From contig OZ193909.1 in the NCBI GenBank assembly GCA_964276515.1, positions 17,670,001 through 17,734,000 on the forward strand: a stretch of DNA of 64,000 nt, in the 5' to 3' direction. The stretch's first letter is position 1; every line of letters begins with the position of its first letter. The translations under genes were made by a program, and so were the position numbers. Origin of the DNA: Gordius albopunctatus (Eukaryota). This document shows, in pieces, positions 1 through 12,500 of the stretch. The notes under the pieces are model-generated. The model was not told where the DNA came from, did no database searches, and saw only the letters and a program-made list of their open reading frames with translations.

Positions 1-922
1 CAACTCTTGAGATTAATCGCGGTTATATTATGCGTCTGAAATGTAAATCTGGTGTGAATTCGAAGTTAAGACACGGTTATGTTATAACTCGTACAAAGAT
101 TTTTGCTGCGCTGAAAAATCCGATATTAAGACAAGTCCTAAGATGTACCCAACGCGTTTTCCCCGCTATTTTTGAAATAAGTGGGACTTTTCACATTTTT
201 TGCAACGAATCTTCAAAATATCCACCCTAAGTTTTACTTGACTCAACTTTTAATGGATGTGCAAGGAAGCACATATTGCTTGTTGAGTTGATTATAATGG
301 CTAGGGGGAGTTTCAGTATTGTAAAACTATTTTCGCAGTGTTAAAATATTTAAACTTTATTAATCTTATGTGTTTGCGATTTTATATTTTTTTGTTTGAA
401 TTTTTCGTGAAATTTATTTATCAAGGGGGTCCATGTCGAGTCTTCATTCCGTCACAAGTGGATTTTCATCTTTAAACACGACCGATTTTTCGTTCAACCA
501 TACCTCGACATTATAAAACTTACCCTTTATTTGTCACCGAATTTTCTTTTGCCCTTTTAAAGGGGTGACATTTTTGTAATATTTCGCATTTTTCACTTCG
601 GTGGGATCTCATTTGCCATTTTATTTTCGCGAAATAAGAGTTGTGAAATCGTGTTCGACATAAATTATTTATTTTCTTGTTACAATAAAGTGGCGTGCGG
701 TTGTGTACAGTTGTTTATCTTTTGATTTTCATATTATTTACGAACCTTATTGAATTGCAATTTATTTTATTATGTGGAACATGGGCATATTCAGATTGGA
801 ACTAAGAGGGGGAAGGCAATAATGCTTTACACGGCGTTCGTGATGACCCGCGAACAAAATAAGATACAACTCATTTTGTATTTTTCGCGCGATGGTGAAT
901 ATTCGGGATATACCAATGATAT

Positions 923-1329
923 ATGATAAATTTCATGAAGAATATAAGGATATTTAAAAAAAATGCAGAGTTTGATAAATTAGCCAAAAAATATTTGGTC
1001 TCAAGTAATAACTTTAAAATGCTAATTAGTTTAGGTGAAGATATAAAAGTAAGATGGAAGAATCTTAGAGATACATACATTAAAGAGTTGAATAAGGCCA
1101 AAAATCTTAAGAGTGGAAGTGGTTTGACCATATCTTATTGGCCTTACTAGATGACTCAATATTGTTTGGACAAGATCTATCAACTAACCCAGATAGCATG
1201 TATTCTGATGCTTCAACTAGTAATAAGGAAAATGGTAAATTGATAAAGCTTATATTAATTAATAAGAACCTCCAACTCCAATTATTAAAAAGAAAAGTTC
1301 AGAAAATATTTTGTCAAAGATATTTATAA
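923..1329 (+). pseudogene. MADF (Myb/SANT-like) domain fragment, probably from a decayed PIF/Harbinger transposon
   Basis: ORF 923-1150 contains EDIKVRWKNLRDTYIKELNKAKNLKSGSG...WPY, the typical MADF C-terminal helix (W.NLRD.Y.KE...K..SGS...W.Y). The frame is broken after it. Confidence 0.6.
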
Positions 1330-1700
1330 AGTAAAAAGGAATAGAGAAATATGTGACAAATTAATAGTAAAAAACATTTAAAGCAATGATTAACAGTCTA
1401 AAGCAAAATAATAATTAAGATAAGCGTTGTGGTTGAAGTGCGCTAGATGGCGTCAACCAAATAAAAAAAAACATGGTTTCCGCTGTCGCAGGTTGATAAA
1501 AAGTATCTATAAACCATCTACAATGCTAAGGCAATAATCTGGCCAAATTTGGTGGCAATCGGTTGAGAATTCTAATAGTTATTAGCGTTCAAAAAAAGGG
1601 ACTTCGATTTTTATATATAGAATAGAGTTATACTTATTTAACCACTTAAGGACTGAGCCAAAGCAACGCTTGGCCGGGCACAGCTAGTTTCCTATATAAT

Positions 1701-2220
1701 TAGAGCCATGCACGGGTAACCCTACCCGACTTGAGTCGCCCCCGACTCGGGCAAAATTTAATAAAGTAATATCTTCTCGCAACGTACACAATATAACTTA
1801 TTAACTCCAGCCCCTCCTGATCAAAATTTACAAATTTTAGTTTATAGATTTATGGAAGCTATTAGAACATTTAAAATAAGTAAACAATTTAAAAACTCAT
1901 TTATCCTAACCTGTTAAATAAATTTATTCTTTGTAGATATTATTACATTAAGATTTTATTAGTTGAAAAATTGTGGCAATAGAATGTCTTTATTCCAGAC
2001 CTATCCTTGTTTTAAATTACGAATAATAACAATCAAATTTGTTTTATATTAATATTGTAAGATCATTTTTAAATATAAAATTTGCCTAAAAGTCTTTATT
2101 AAACAAATGGCCCGGGCTCGGATCGGGCAAAAATTAATAAAGATCTCAGGACCGGGTCGGGCAAATTAAAAATTGAAAGGCCGGACTCGGGCCGAAGCAA
2201 ATCCATTTTGCAGGGCTCTT
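1701..2220. mobile_element. hAT-type MITE (TAGAGCC...GGGCTCT family)
   Basis: Terminal inverted repeats TAGAGCCATGCA / TGCAGGGCTCT, subterminal CGGGC/CCCGA repeats, flanking 8-mers TATATAAT / TATGTAAT (1 mismatch). Confidence 0.7.
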
Positions 2221-3201
2221 TATGTAATACAAATAAAATCTTACATATTTATAAAAGATACATTTATATAACATAGATGTGAGTTTGTCAGGCCAAATTT
2301 AGTTAGTTTTACATTTTGTAGATGGTGTAATGGAAATTTTAAAGAAGATATTGTAAAAGTATAAGCTGATTTGGTAAAAACATAATTTAAAAATTCTAAA
2401 ACAACACATGGTTAACGTGGTATCATTGTGTTTCCTTCTCCCCTTGCGTACGCCTATGCAGAAATCGCAGAGCCGTGCTTGAAAATCGAAACGGGAGAAA
2501 GTTTTTGAAAGTGCGCGTCATTTTAATATTAACAAAATGGTGATGGTTTTCAAATTAAGACATTTTATATGTCACAGGCTTATATAATGTAAAAATTTGC
2601 GAGAAGGTCACCAGGCACAATGGAAAAACAATAGGGGAAAAAGTTGAATAAGTAGGTAAAACGTTTTAATTTAGAGTCCACTAGATAGCAGTTTTATCTT
2701 AACAAGGTTCCCGTTCTCCTAAATGTATCGGTGGCAATCGGTCGGGAATTTTCATAGATCTTAGCGGCCAAAGAAAATGGAGTTAGATCTGCTGAAAATA
2801 TTATTTAACTTATCTTTATAGCACAAATTTTTATTTTTACGTTCATGTATACATTACATATTCGAAAGGGGCAACATTTGCCATTTGATGAGTAAGAGAT
2901 CTGTTGTACTTGTAATGTGAACAAAATATTAGACGTAAATTATTTTTAGACAGAAAAATCCATGAATTCTATTTAATTCCCAGCGCGATTACGTTTATAG
3001 AAAAATCGGAACAATCTCGTAATCAGAATATGACAAACAAAAAATTAGAGATAAAAGTTAAACTCTTCCATTAAGTTAATCCATATAGTATTACAAGTGA
3101 TATAGATTAACGCTTAAACAATAAATAGCGCCTTCACCTAACAGCTTTGCAATCTAAGGTCATTAAGGTTTTTCCCCATCCGGTCATGAATGGCTTAAAG
3201 C

Positions 3202-3720
3202 TTACCCTATCAAGTTTTCGGTAATGGTCTTAGAGAACCCCATTCTGTCCTTCAACATAGCACCCCTCTTAAGCTGTGAATACACGTCACCATACCCCTG
3301 GCGGCCTTGTAATTTACTTGTAGATGAAAAAGCAGGTATAGCAGGCACCAAAAAAATAAACACACTGTTACAAGCTGCCCTCAAACGGGAAAAAGTTCCC
3401 TCCATCCTTGAAACGTGAGATCCCTCTCTCGAAGGGCGAGTGCGTCCTGACGGTACGTCACTTCTCCCATGGGGCAAAGGCCTCTTTTTAAAATGGGACT
3501 ACACTTGTATTGACCTGTTTGCACCCTCCAACCATACTCACGACCCCTTAGGATCGGTAGAGCATCGTAAATTAGTAAAATATTCAGCTTCATCAGAATC
3601 CTGAAGTTTGAGAAGAGCGTTTTCATTTTTCTAAGGAACTTAATAAACGCTCGACTCCTTCAAAAATATCGAATAGTTTTCTACTAAGACAATCAATAGC
3701 CATTGCCATCGCCAAATTAA
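3202..3720 (-). pseudogene. Degenerate transposase-like remnant (possibly hAT C-terminal region)
   Basis: GC-richer patch. The minus frame reads EGTFSRLRAACNSV..AIPAFSSTS..G.GDVYSQLKR, loosely like the hAT FPxL..A..L.IPASS motif. Multiple frameshifts. Confidence 0.3.
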
Positions 3721-4057
3721 ATTTTTATTCTAGATATATAATGCCTTTAAATGATTTTATTTATAAATATTTTCGTTCTTGTATCCTTTTATTAAATATT
3801 TAATATTTTTATAATAAAGCATGTTTAAAAAATTTCATAACAATAAAAATAAGTTCTAGGTAACTCAGCGTATAAGCGAAAAGATTTTAGATTAGGTGGG
3901 CTTAACTGAATTTTATCAGTATAAGCATGCCAAATACAAACTGATATATTAATTTACAAGTTTACCACTATTTTGCTTGGTTGCAAATTAAAGGTAACTA
4001 AAATCTTTTGTTAATGAAGGCTACACTACAACACAGAACACACCTTCTTAGGCGTAT

Positions 4058-4342
4058 TGAAGTAATGCTTTTTTAAAGTAAGAATTTATTTTATTTAATA
4101 CTAATAAAAAAAGGGAAACGAAAAGAGTTTGTAAGTAAGTAAGAAGTGTTTTAAATCCCTTTATAGAATCGCGAATTAATTGAGTAAATCAATTACATTT
4201 AGTGGTGAAACCGCGAGGTATGTGATTGGTCAATTAACGTCGCGAAGTAGTAAGGTCATGTAAATGAGTCAATTAAGTTTCGAAGTAGAGTTAAGTAATA
4301 TGCCGCGAGCAATCCATTAAATATTATGGATGCAACACTACA
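4058..4342 (-). mobile_element. Solo LTR-like element homologous to the LTR at 9250-9422
   Basis: Reverse complement starts TGTAGTGTTGCATCCAT and contains TCGCGACGTTAATTGACCAATCACA, shared with 9250-9300, plus TATAAA and AATAAA. Left boundary is approximate. Confidence 0.65.
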
Positions 4343-5220
4343 CTTTTATTAAGTAATCTATGGCAATAGTTTTAGGCCTTTGAGACAATCCTCATTAAAT
4401 AACAGGAAGAGTTTGTTACACACTTATTATAACACTAAGAAATTCATAGTTTAAACATAAGTAATCACCTACACACATTGAAATGTTATATAAATAACGG
4501 TAAAACAGCATGTCACTTGAAACAAGGCAAAGGAATATGAACTACCAATAAATTTCAAGTATGTACATCTATTAGAAATACTATAGTATTAAAAAATATA
4601 CGATTCTAATTTAGTTTAACATTCCATGTTATGTTTTCTCAATCTAATATTTAATTTTGCCATAAAATTATTAATCTATTTCATCCTGATATCTAGTATA
4701 TGCTCATGCCACAAATTTCCACGTCTGCAGAAAATTTAAAGAATGAGAATGCACTTGTATAACCCACGGTTATAAGGCAAAATATGTTATTTATAATTTG
4801 GGAATTTAACAGGTCTATAATGAGATAAACCATAAAAAACTTCTCACTGACTCATGGTTTAATCGATAATAGCTTTTTTATAAAAAATCGACGATGGTTT
4901 CATAAACGATTGGCAGGGACAGTGATCGCTGGGTGGTCAGTCAAATTATTGAAAAAATTCGAAATTAATCCTAATTAATCAGGGGAGATAATGAAAACCT
5001 GAATTGTCAATTCAATATATCCTGCAAATAGATGTATATTTATAATATCCATTATCATTCTGAATATGAAGGGAGTAATAGGCAAAAAAATTGATGGACT
5101 TCAGTGGTGATGGCATAACCCTTTGTAGTCCCCATGGTTGTTGTAACGCACGCTCTTTTTCCCTAGTACACATCTTTTATGGCTCTGACGTATAATTCTA
5201 GCACGTTGTTTTATATACGA

Positions 5221-6178
5221 CTAGATGAACCCGGCAAACTTTGTTTTGCCATTTACCCTGGTGTATTAAATTATGTTGGAATTTCAGGGCATATATGGTG
5301 ATAAAGCGGTTATTGAAGTAAAAATAAAGTTTGATGTCTATATGTTCGACTTCTATTGTTCTATTTCCGTATAATATATTAAGAATATATCAAATATAAT
5401 TGGTAAGTGTTTATTATGCAAAAATTTTTAAACAAATACTTAAAGAGGGTCCAAGGCCCAGGCCCACCCAAGAGAGAAAACCTGGCCCCATGCCCCCCCC
5501 CCAGGGAAAAATCTTTAGCCCACTGGTCCTTCAAGCAATCTGTAAAAAATTTTTTGTAATTAAGAAACAATATCATAATTATAATTATTTGTTTCTGAAT
5601 AAAACTTTTAATTCTGAACTTAATAATGTTCGAAGAATTAAGATATATCAACATTTATTGGCACTTTGTTCAAAGTATTTTCATTTTTCTCCTTATTTAA
5701 CGCGCAAAAAATGATAAAATGAGATTTTTTAATTTATTTAGCCACGCAGGAGGGGACACGACCGTCCTATAATAATAATTGACGTGAAAAATAATCAAAA
5801 AAATGAATTTGATTTAATGTTTCAAATCGTAAAAAGTTTCCATTTTCCGCAGCACATGTCTACATTTATCACACTACACTACCTACAGGCATGACGTTTT
5901 AGAAAATACTATAAGTGATACACTTTTACTAAAGAACTGTATATTCACATTTTCAAAGAACACGATGAGGTTGCGTTTGATTGACATTCTATTAAAGGTC
6001 AAAACGTATAAAACAAACTCGAAAACTACTGGACCGATTTGGCTCGAACAAATCTTAAAACATGCTCCGGAGTGTCAGGAATAAACTGTGAAATTTTGAG
6101 CCAAATCGGTCTGGTAGTTTTCGAAAATTGGTGGCGGCATACACACATACACACATAGTTTCATTTTTATATATAAGA
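5221..6178 (-). mobile_element. Non-autonomous Helitron
   Basis: Minus strand begins A|TCTTATATATAAAAATG and ends with the hairpin GGCAAAACAAAGTTTGCC followed by CTAG|T. Inserted between A and T with no TSD. Confidence 0.75.
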
Positions 6179-8160
6179 TATCTAAAAACTAATGTCTTTG
6201 GGACTTTATTAAACGCTTTTTCTAGATCAATGAAACACATTTGCGAATCCTCCCCTTCTCTAAACCATTCCATTAATCTTGTAGAGCTCTCCGACATAAA
6301 TCTGAATTAGCTGTCTTGCATTTAAACTCTCCGAAGCCGTTTTTTTATCACTTTTATCATATCTTAAAGGTGTGACTCTTTAGCTTTACCCCTTTGTAAT
6401 TGTTACATTCCTGAGTATCCCCTTTTATATTGTATATCGGGATCGTGTAGCTATCCCTCCACACGTTAGGCATTTTACCAGTTTTAAATGTATTGTTGAA
6501 ATTGGCGAGGATTAGGAGACCAGTATTGCCTGACTCTTTAAAACCTTCTATTGGTATATTACCCGGTGCGACTGCGAGAGCTTTACCTGACTTTAGTTTT
6601 CCCATAGTAACTTTAACCTACGTAATCTAATCCACTGGGTGTAATTCTCTTACATTACTTTTTTGGTTTTGATCTTCTACTAAGGGCCCCTTTTCAATTG
6701 ATGAATCACTACAATAATCCTACCATCTTTGTAATATATGGCTGTCGTGTGTTAGTATCTCTCCATTTTGTTCCTTGATTAGCAGGTATTCTACGTAATC
6801 TTTTGAATTTTTAGCCACTTTGCGATTTTGTGAATCCATATTTTTCCTTCCTTCGATTTTAGTTTTTGATTTGTATCATTGCACACCTTTTTTTAGGATT
6901 TGCTACGTATTTTATAGCCGATCTTTTAGCTATTTGGTCAACTTGCTTATCATTACTATCGTTGCTTTTATACCCAACATTGTACAATATCCTTTGATAC
7001 ATTTTTGTACTTCTTCATTTCACCACAACGACGGGCTTGCTTTCACCCAAATATTGGTCGTCCTATTCAACGCAATGTATAGGCTATACCATTCCATTGA
7101 TCCTCATACGATGTATTTCCCTTAAATTTAGCATGTCTCATTACCTTCCCAAATTGTTGAGTATTATCGATTAGTCTCCTCAAGTTTAATGTGGCTGCTA
7201 CTCTTTGTATCTTTTGCCCTTTAAGGCTCTTTAAAATATACTCCATCAACAACAGCTTGTGATTATAAGCTAATTATTCGCTTAGTATTATCTTTACATT
7301 TGGATCATTCTTCAGGTGTGTTCTGTTGAAGAGAAGGAAATCTATCTGAGTGGTACGACTGCCGCTTTTGAATGTTTTAAGGTGTTCCTATGTCCTATCT
7401 CTTTTTGAAGAAAGTATCTTCTATAGCCTGGTCAAACAACAAATTCTAGAATTTTCTTACCTCCTTCATTTCTTAAGCCGTAACCCCAGTCACCGTGATT
7501 GCTTTCATACCCTCCTCTTAATTCCCACGTGTCCATTGAGGTCTGCTTCAATAACTATGAGCCCATCTTTGCCAAATTGAGATAGCTTATTATTAAGCTC
7601 CATTTCAATCTTTCCCCCCCTCTGATCAACCACTTTGAGGAGCGTATGCTGATATAACGTTTATCGTAAGAGATTTGAAACAAAGCTGTATTACCATAAT
7701 TCTGCCATTGATTATTTTAAAGTCGACGACAGCTTGTTAAAATTCACCCACGCCATTCCGATGCGTTTCTGTGCTGTTAAAATACAATTTGTATCCGTCA
7801 CCTAAATATTCAGTTTTTGGCCCTTTTATTTGGTCTCTTGTATACAAGCAATATCGATATTTCTCATCCTTCAAACGTCAGTCAGTTCTCTGCTCTTGAT
7901 TATCATTGTGCCGATATTCCATGAGCCAAACTTTATCCCACGAAAATTAGTGTCTTTAACCGCTTTCGCTTGTGGAGAGAGGGGCAGCCTTCGTCTAATT
8001 CCTACCCACTCCAGGCGAAGAATGCTCGCGTGGCTTTAGGGCAACGCCCTAGCTTGTTCTTTGTTGTAGTATAAATTTTGGTTTATATGGAATTAGAGAG
8101 TATTGATATCCCGGCTCTCCATGCCTGACGGATCTATATTAAATTTGGTCGCTTGACTAC
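6179..8160 (-). mobile_element. Degenerate RTE-clade LINE (endonuclease and 5' part of RT), abutting the Helitron
   Basis: Minus-frame fragments MCFIDLEKAFNKVP and PNVWRDSYTIPIYNIKGDTQECNNYKGVKLKSHTFK, plus upstream APE-like sequence. Many stops and frameshifts. Confidence 0.8.
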
Positions 8161-8739
8161 CTACTATTTTTTGAGATGCGGTCAATTTAACTTTTGTTTT
8201 GACCGACTCCTATTGATATGTTTATTAAGCACTACCTCAAAATCCCAGAAATTCTAGTCTGATTTTTCACCAAGATCCTTGCTAATAGGGTAACCTTACT
8301 AGTAACAAACACAGAATTGTAAATAGTTAACAATGGTATAGCTTCTTAGATCACGAGAGTACTAATATTCAAGCACACTACAAGGTATTTCTAACTCGGA
8401 TGAGGGATTCAAAGTCTACCAAATACTACTTAATGTAGTAGATAAGATATTGGCGAAATATTTGAATTGAGCGCTAATCTTTATGTAAGAACAGGCCAAT
8501 TCTTAAAAAATTTAACAAATGTTTTATTTTAAGATTACATATTAATTTAATATAATCTTTTATTCCAGACTTTTGAATTCCATTCATATGCGTCTTACAT
8601 TAGGCTTATTGATAAATAAAATAGCAAAAAAATGCAGCTATATTATATTTTTTTTTAAAAACTCCACCTGAATACGCCCTTAAATATTAGGCACTATCTT
8701 TGGCAATCCGGCATCCACGATCGAGCTGCAACAAAACTT

Positions 8740-9422
8740 CAACCTCTTAAGACCTCTAGCAATACGTGTCTGACTGGTGTGACAAGTTGCCTACCTATCT
8801 GTGTGTTTCTACGAGGAAAAACATGATGTTCTACTACACCTCTACATAGACAACAACAACGTCTGCCGAACGCCCGTCCACTGCTGCGCATGGCCCTAAT
8901 CACAAAACCCATCTGAACATCAACACCACATGGCCTCTTGCAACGAGCAAAGACTACGTTCGGCAAAACAATGACACATACTACCAACGTTCTCACAACC
9001 GCTTACCGGTTTAGTTGATGACCGATTGCAATTCCAATATAGATACCTCTGCTCGCGGCATGTATCTTATTAATATATTGGATAGCACCACAACAACATA
9101 CACGCAACTCACACCTCGGTCACCTCACTAACAACCACGGTAGGCGGAAACAAAACTGGCTGGTAGTACGAACATCCTTTACACATACTTTACATCAACC
9201 AAAATTTTTCAATTTTAAGTAACGCTCCACCTCTACGAAGGGGACTATTTGTAGCGTTGCGTCCATTACCTCGCGACGTTAATTGACCAATCACAAACAC
9301 CTCGAGGACTCAACACTAAATTTAATTGTTTATTTAATTAATGCGCGTTTATATAAACGCACTTATTTTTCTCAAAAGACACTTGCTCTTTTATTTGGAT
9401 ATTTAATAAAACACTTATTACA
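8740..9422 (+). mobile_element. 3' remnant of an LTR retrotransposon: decayed internal region, PPT-like tract and LTR (9250-9422)
   Basis: C/A-rich decayed internal sequence, then purine tract GAAGGGGAC directly before TGTAG (9250). CCAAT 9287, TATATAAA 9350, AATAAA 9405, ends TTACA 9422. Homologous copy at 4058-4342. Confidence 0.65.
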
Positions 9423-9511
9423 TTAATTGGTACATATACACATCTCGACACATCCACATCTTTCCTGGAGGACATATCCACCAAATTTGAATTGTACAAT
9501 TTGCTAAAATA

Positions 9512-12500
9512 ATGGCTTCGCAAGTATTTTATTTATACATGATTTAAACTCTTATAAAATTAGCATAATGGTGAGGAAAATACTATTGTTAAAGTTAATA
9601 GCAATGATGCTATTGTGCCTATACCTGCAAAGCAACAATACAAGGTAAGATTTATATTTTTGCTTTTTGACGCCATCCTATATAGGTTAATACTGGACTA
9701 AGACCGCCGAAACGCCCTGGTTATGGACAAGAAGGAAGGCCTATTAAATTAAGGGCTAACCATCTCTCGATTAAATTAGATCTTAAAAATCTACATCATT
9801 ATGATATCGACATCACGCCCCAGAAAATTCCAAAAAATATTAACAGGTACCCATGGTTCCTTTGATCATATAATTTTTTTAATCATATTAAGTCAATTGA
9901 AAATATAATTTTTAATTTTAGTCTTTTTATTTTTTTAATTTGGAGTTAATTTTTGAGGAAGTGTGTTAAAACATTCTATAAGCTGCATTTAAAATTAAAT
10001 TTATATTTACTAATGCACCATTTCAAAATAAACACTTATATTATTGTCAAATGAATTTCTCTAACATAAGATTTAGGCCTATGCTTAATTACAATGTACC
10101 ATTTAAATTTAATAGATTGATTTGCTATAAAAAAGACTTTATGAATTCCTCTAACATAAGATTTAGGCCTATGCTTAATTACAATGTACCATTTAAATTT
10201 AATAGCTCAATTGATTTGCTATAAAAAAGACTTTAAATTGTGATTATAATGTATAATTTTTTCCCTGCCGCATTTACCTTAATTTACAAATTAAAGCTAA
10301 AATGTGTAAATATCTTATAAAGTATTAAAACAACTATGAAGAAAAAAGTATTGTTAAATTTAATAAATAACTTATTTTATACTTTTAAAAGACTCCACCA
10401 CATGTTATAAAATTTAACATTGATCAATAAAATTTTCAAGTGTACAAAAATATATAAGGTGGTTTATTTCACTATAACTTAACCTTTCCATTTTTACTAT
10501 CTAATAATGGATTTAATGGTGTAAAATATAGAAGCCTTTTTACTTATAACATTTAATTTTTGTTTAATAATATATATTCATATGCTTAGATTGAAAATAT
10601 TTTTGCCATGAAAAATATATACATTGCTAAACTTAAAGATCACTAATAACAAATTAAGAAGCATAGATTAAAATCAAAAAACACAGTCCCCTTATTTCCT
10701 GTAATCCATGATGATATCAAAGATAGATTCCCTTTTCAACTTTAATTAGTTGCCCCTTAGTTTTTAAAATGATTTTGCTGGCGCTTCTTTCTTTCAAGTC
10801 AACTTTTTTATAGCATTTTTACGACCCCTTCTGGCACACAACAGCTAAAAACAACAACATCGCTTTTAAACTGGTCTCAACAATCTATTATAATGATCGT
10901 TGATGCGCGTAGCCGGTATTAAGATTAGAGGCGGGGGCAATAATAATTTGGGGGGGGGAGAGGCAAAATGATGATTTTTCGAAATGTTAGCCATGATTTT
11001 AATAAATTTTTACGACCATCTAGACTTTATATGTCTGTTTTCATTCTCGAGTCACACGCTAAAATAGATATAGAGTTATTTTTATTGTTTGATTCGCGGT
11101 TACCACTCGTAGCAAAGCGAGCCTTTTCTTCATAATCCATAGATTGGAATCATTTTGAGGCCTTATCAGAGGTCAGATTTGTTGAGAATTTTCTGACCCC
11201 CCCCCCCCCCCCCCGAACCCATCTAAGTGTCCGCCCGAATTGTTAAAGCTGCTGAATTGCTCGGCCCGAAATATTAAATTTATCCGTTAGTACCGAATTT
11301 ATGAGGTCCCAAACAGAGGTCGGATTTGTTTAAATTTTTCTGCCCGGTCCAAATTTTTAAATTATAATTTTTATTAGAAGCAAAAGAATATTATAGAAAC
11401 AAGTAGGAATCAAAAAGGCTGAACGAATTTTTAGTTGTTGAGAAAATTAAATGAATTACAATTATGGGCATTGTTAGGAAATGGCACTAGCCTTTGTTTT
11501 AAGTCTAGAAATAATCCAATCCTTTCCATAATGGAGTGGGACAAAGATTTAACTGTGAACGCGATAAAAATGTAATAACTCACTTCTGTGCAAAATGTAA
11601 TATAGGCTAGGGTTAGATTTAGTGATTTATTTGATAATATGTATTTATTTATAAAATAGTATTATACATTTTGATATAACTTATTTTGTTTCAATTAACA
11701 ATTATAGTATCCTTTTATTACCTAGTTTTTTAGTACATATTACATGCGTATGAATATGCGTGAAAACCGGTCTCAATTTCTAAAATACGAATATTACATT
11801 TTGCACATATTACATTTTGCACCAGATTCTAATAATTTACTACCCGAGAGTAAAATGGTTTCTTACATAGTATTAGAAAATCATAGACTACATCATACCC
11901 TATCATTGATGGTAAAGCGATAGCACGTGTTTCGCCTTATTAAAAATAAAAAATATTTTTACATAAGTCGTCCATCTTTGAACTATGCCGCACGAGGTTG
12001 TTGTTGTTGCTTAGTGACGCACCATGTGTCATAATTTTATTTTTTTTATGTCTTTGTCAACTAAGTTTTCTCCATTTATTCACGTTATTTTCATATAAAT
12101 GTGAACATGGACGTAGTCGCGGGGGGCCGCTGCCCCCTCTTTAATTTCCAAAATTTGAATTTTCAAAAAAATGAACATTTGGCCCCTCCCTAAATCATTA
12201 TTGCCCCCCCCCACTAATTTCAATGCTGGCTACGCCCATAAAAGTGATTCGTAGCATTTTTCGAAATAGTCAGTATGGGGCTACAAAAAATTAAGCACAT
12301 TTTTTGGTCCTTACAAAACACCTATAACTAAAACGACCACAAATCCAGCCGCGAGTCTGGCAGAACTCGATCCGGATTAGCAGAAAAAACGCTTTTCGAT
12401 TTGCTGCTAAGTTTTACCGTAAAAATTATTCCGTTTTTGAAAGCCTTTAAAAATTCAAACAACATTGACAATTTTTTAGTGCACTGACGACGGATTTAAA

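Noticed and set aside
1..860. Coding gene at the window start (ORF 30-230)
   Set aside because: No recognisable motif or exon structure; probably decayed transposon sequence next to the MADF fragment.
11197..11214. Poly-C/poly-G tracts as dedicated G-quadruplex regulatory elements
   Set aside because: Such tracts here fall within MITE interiors and are explained by those families.
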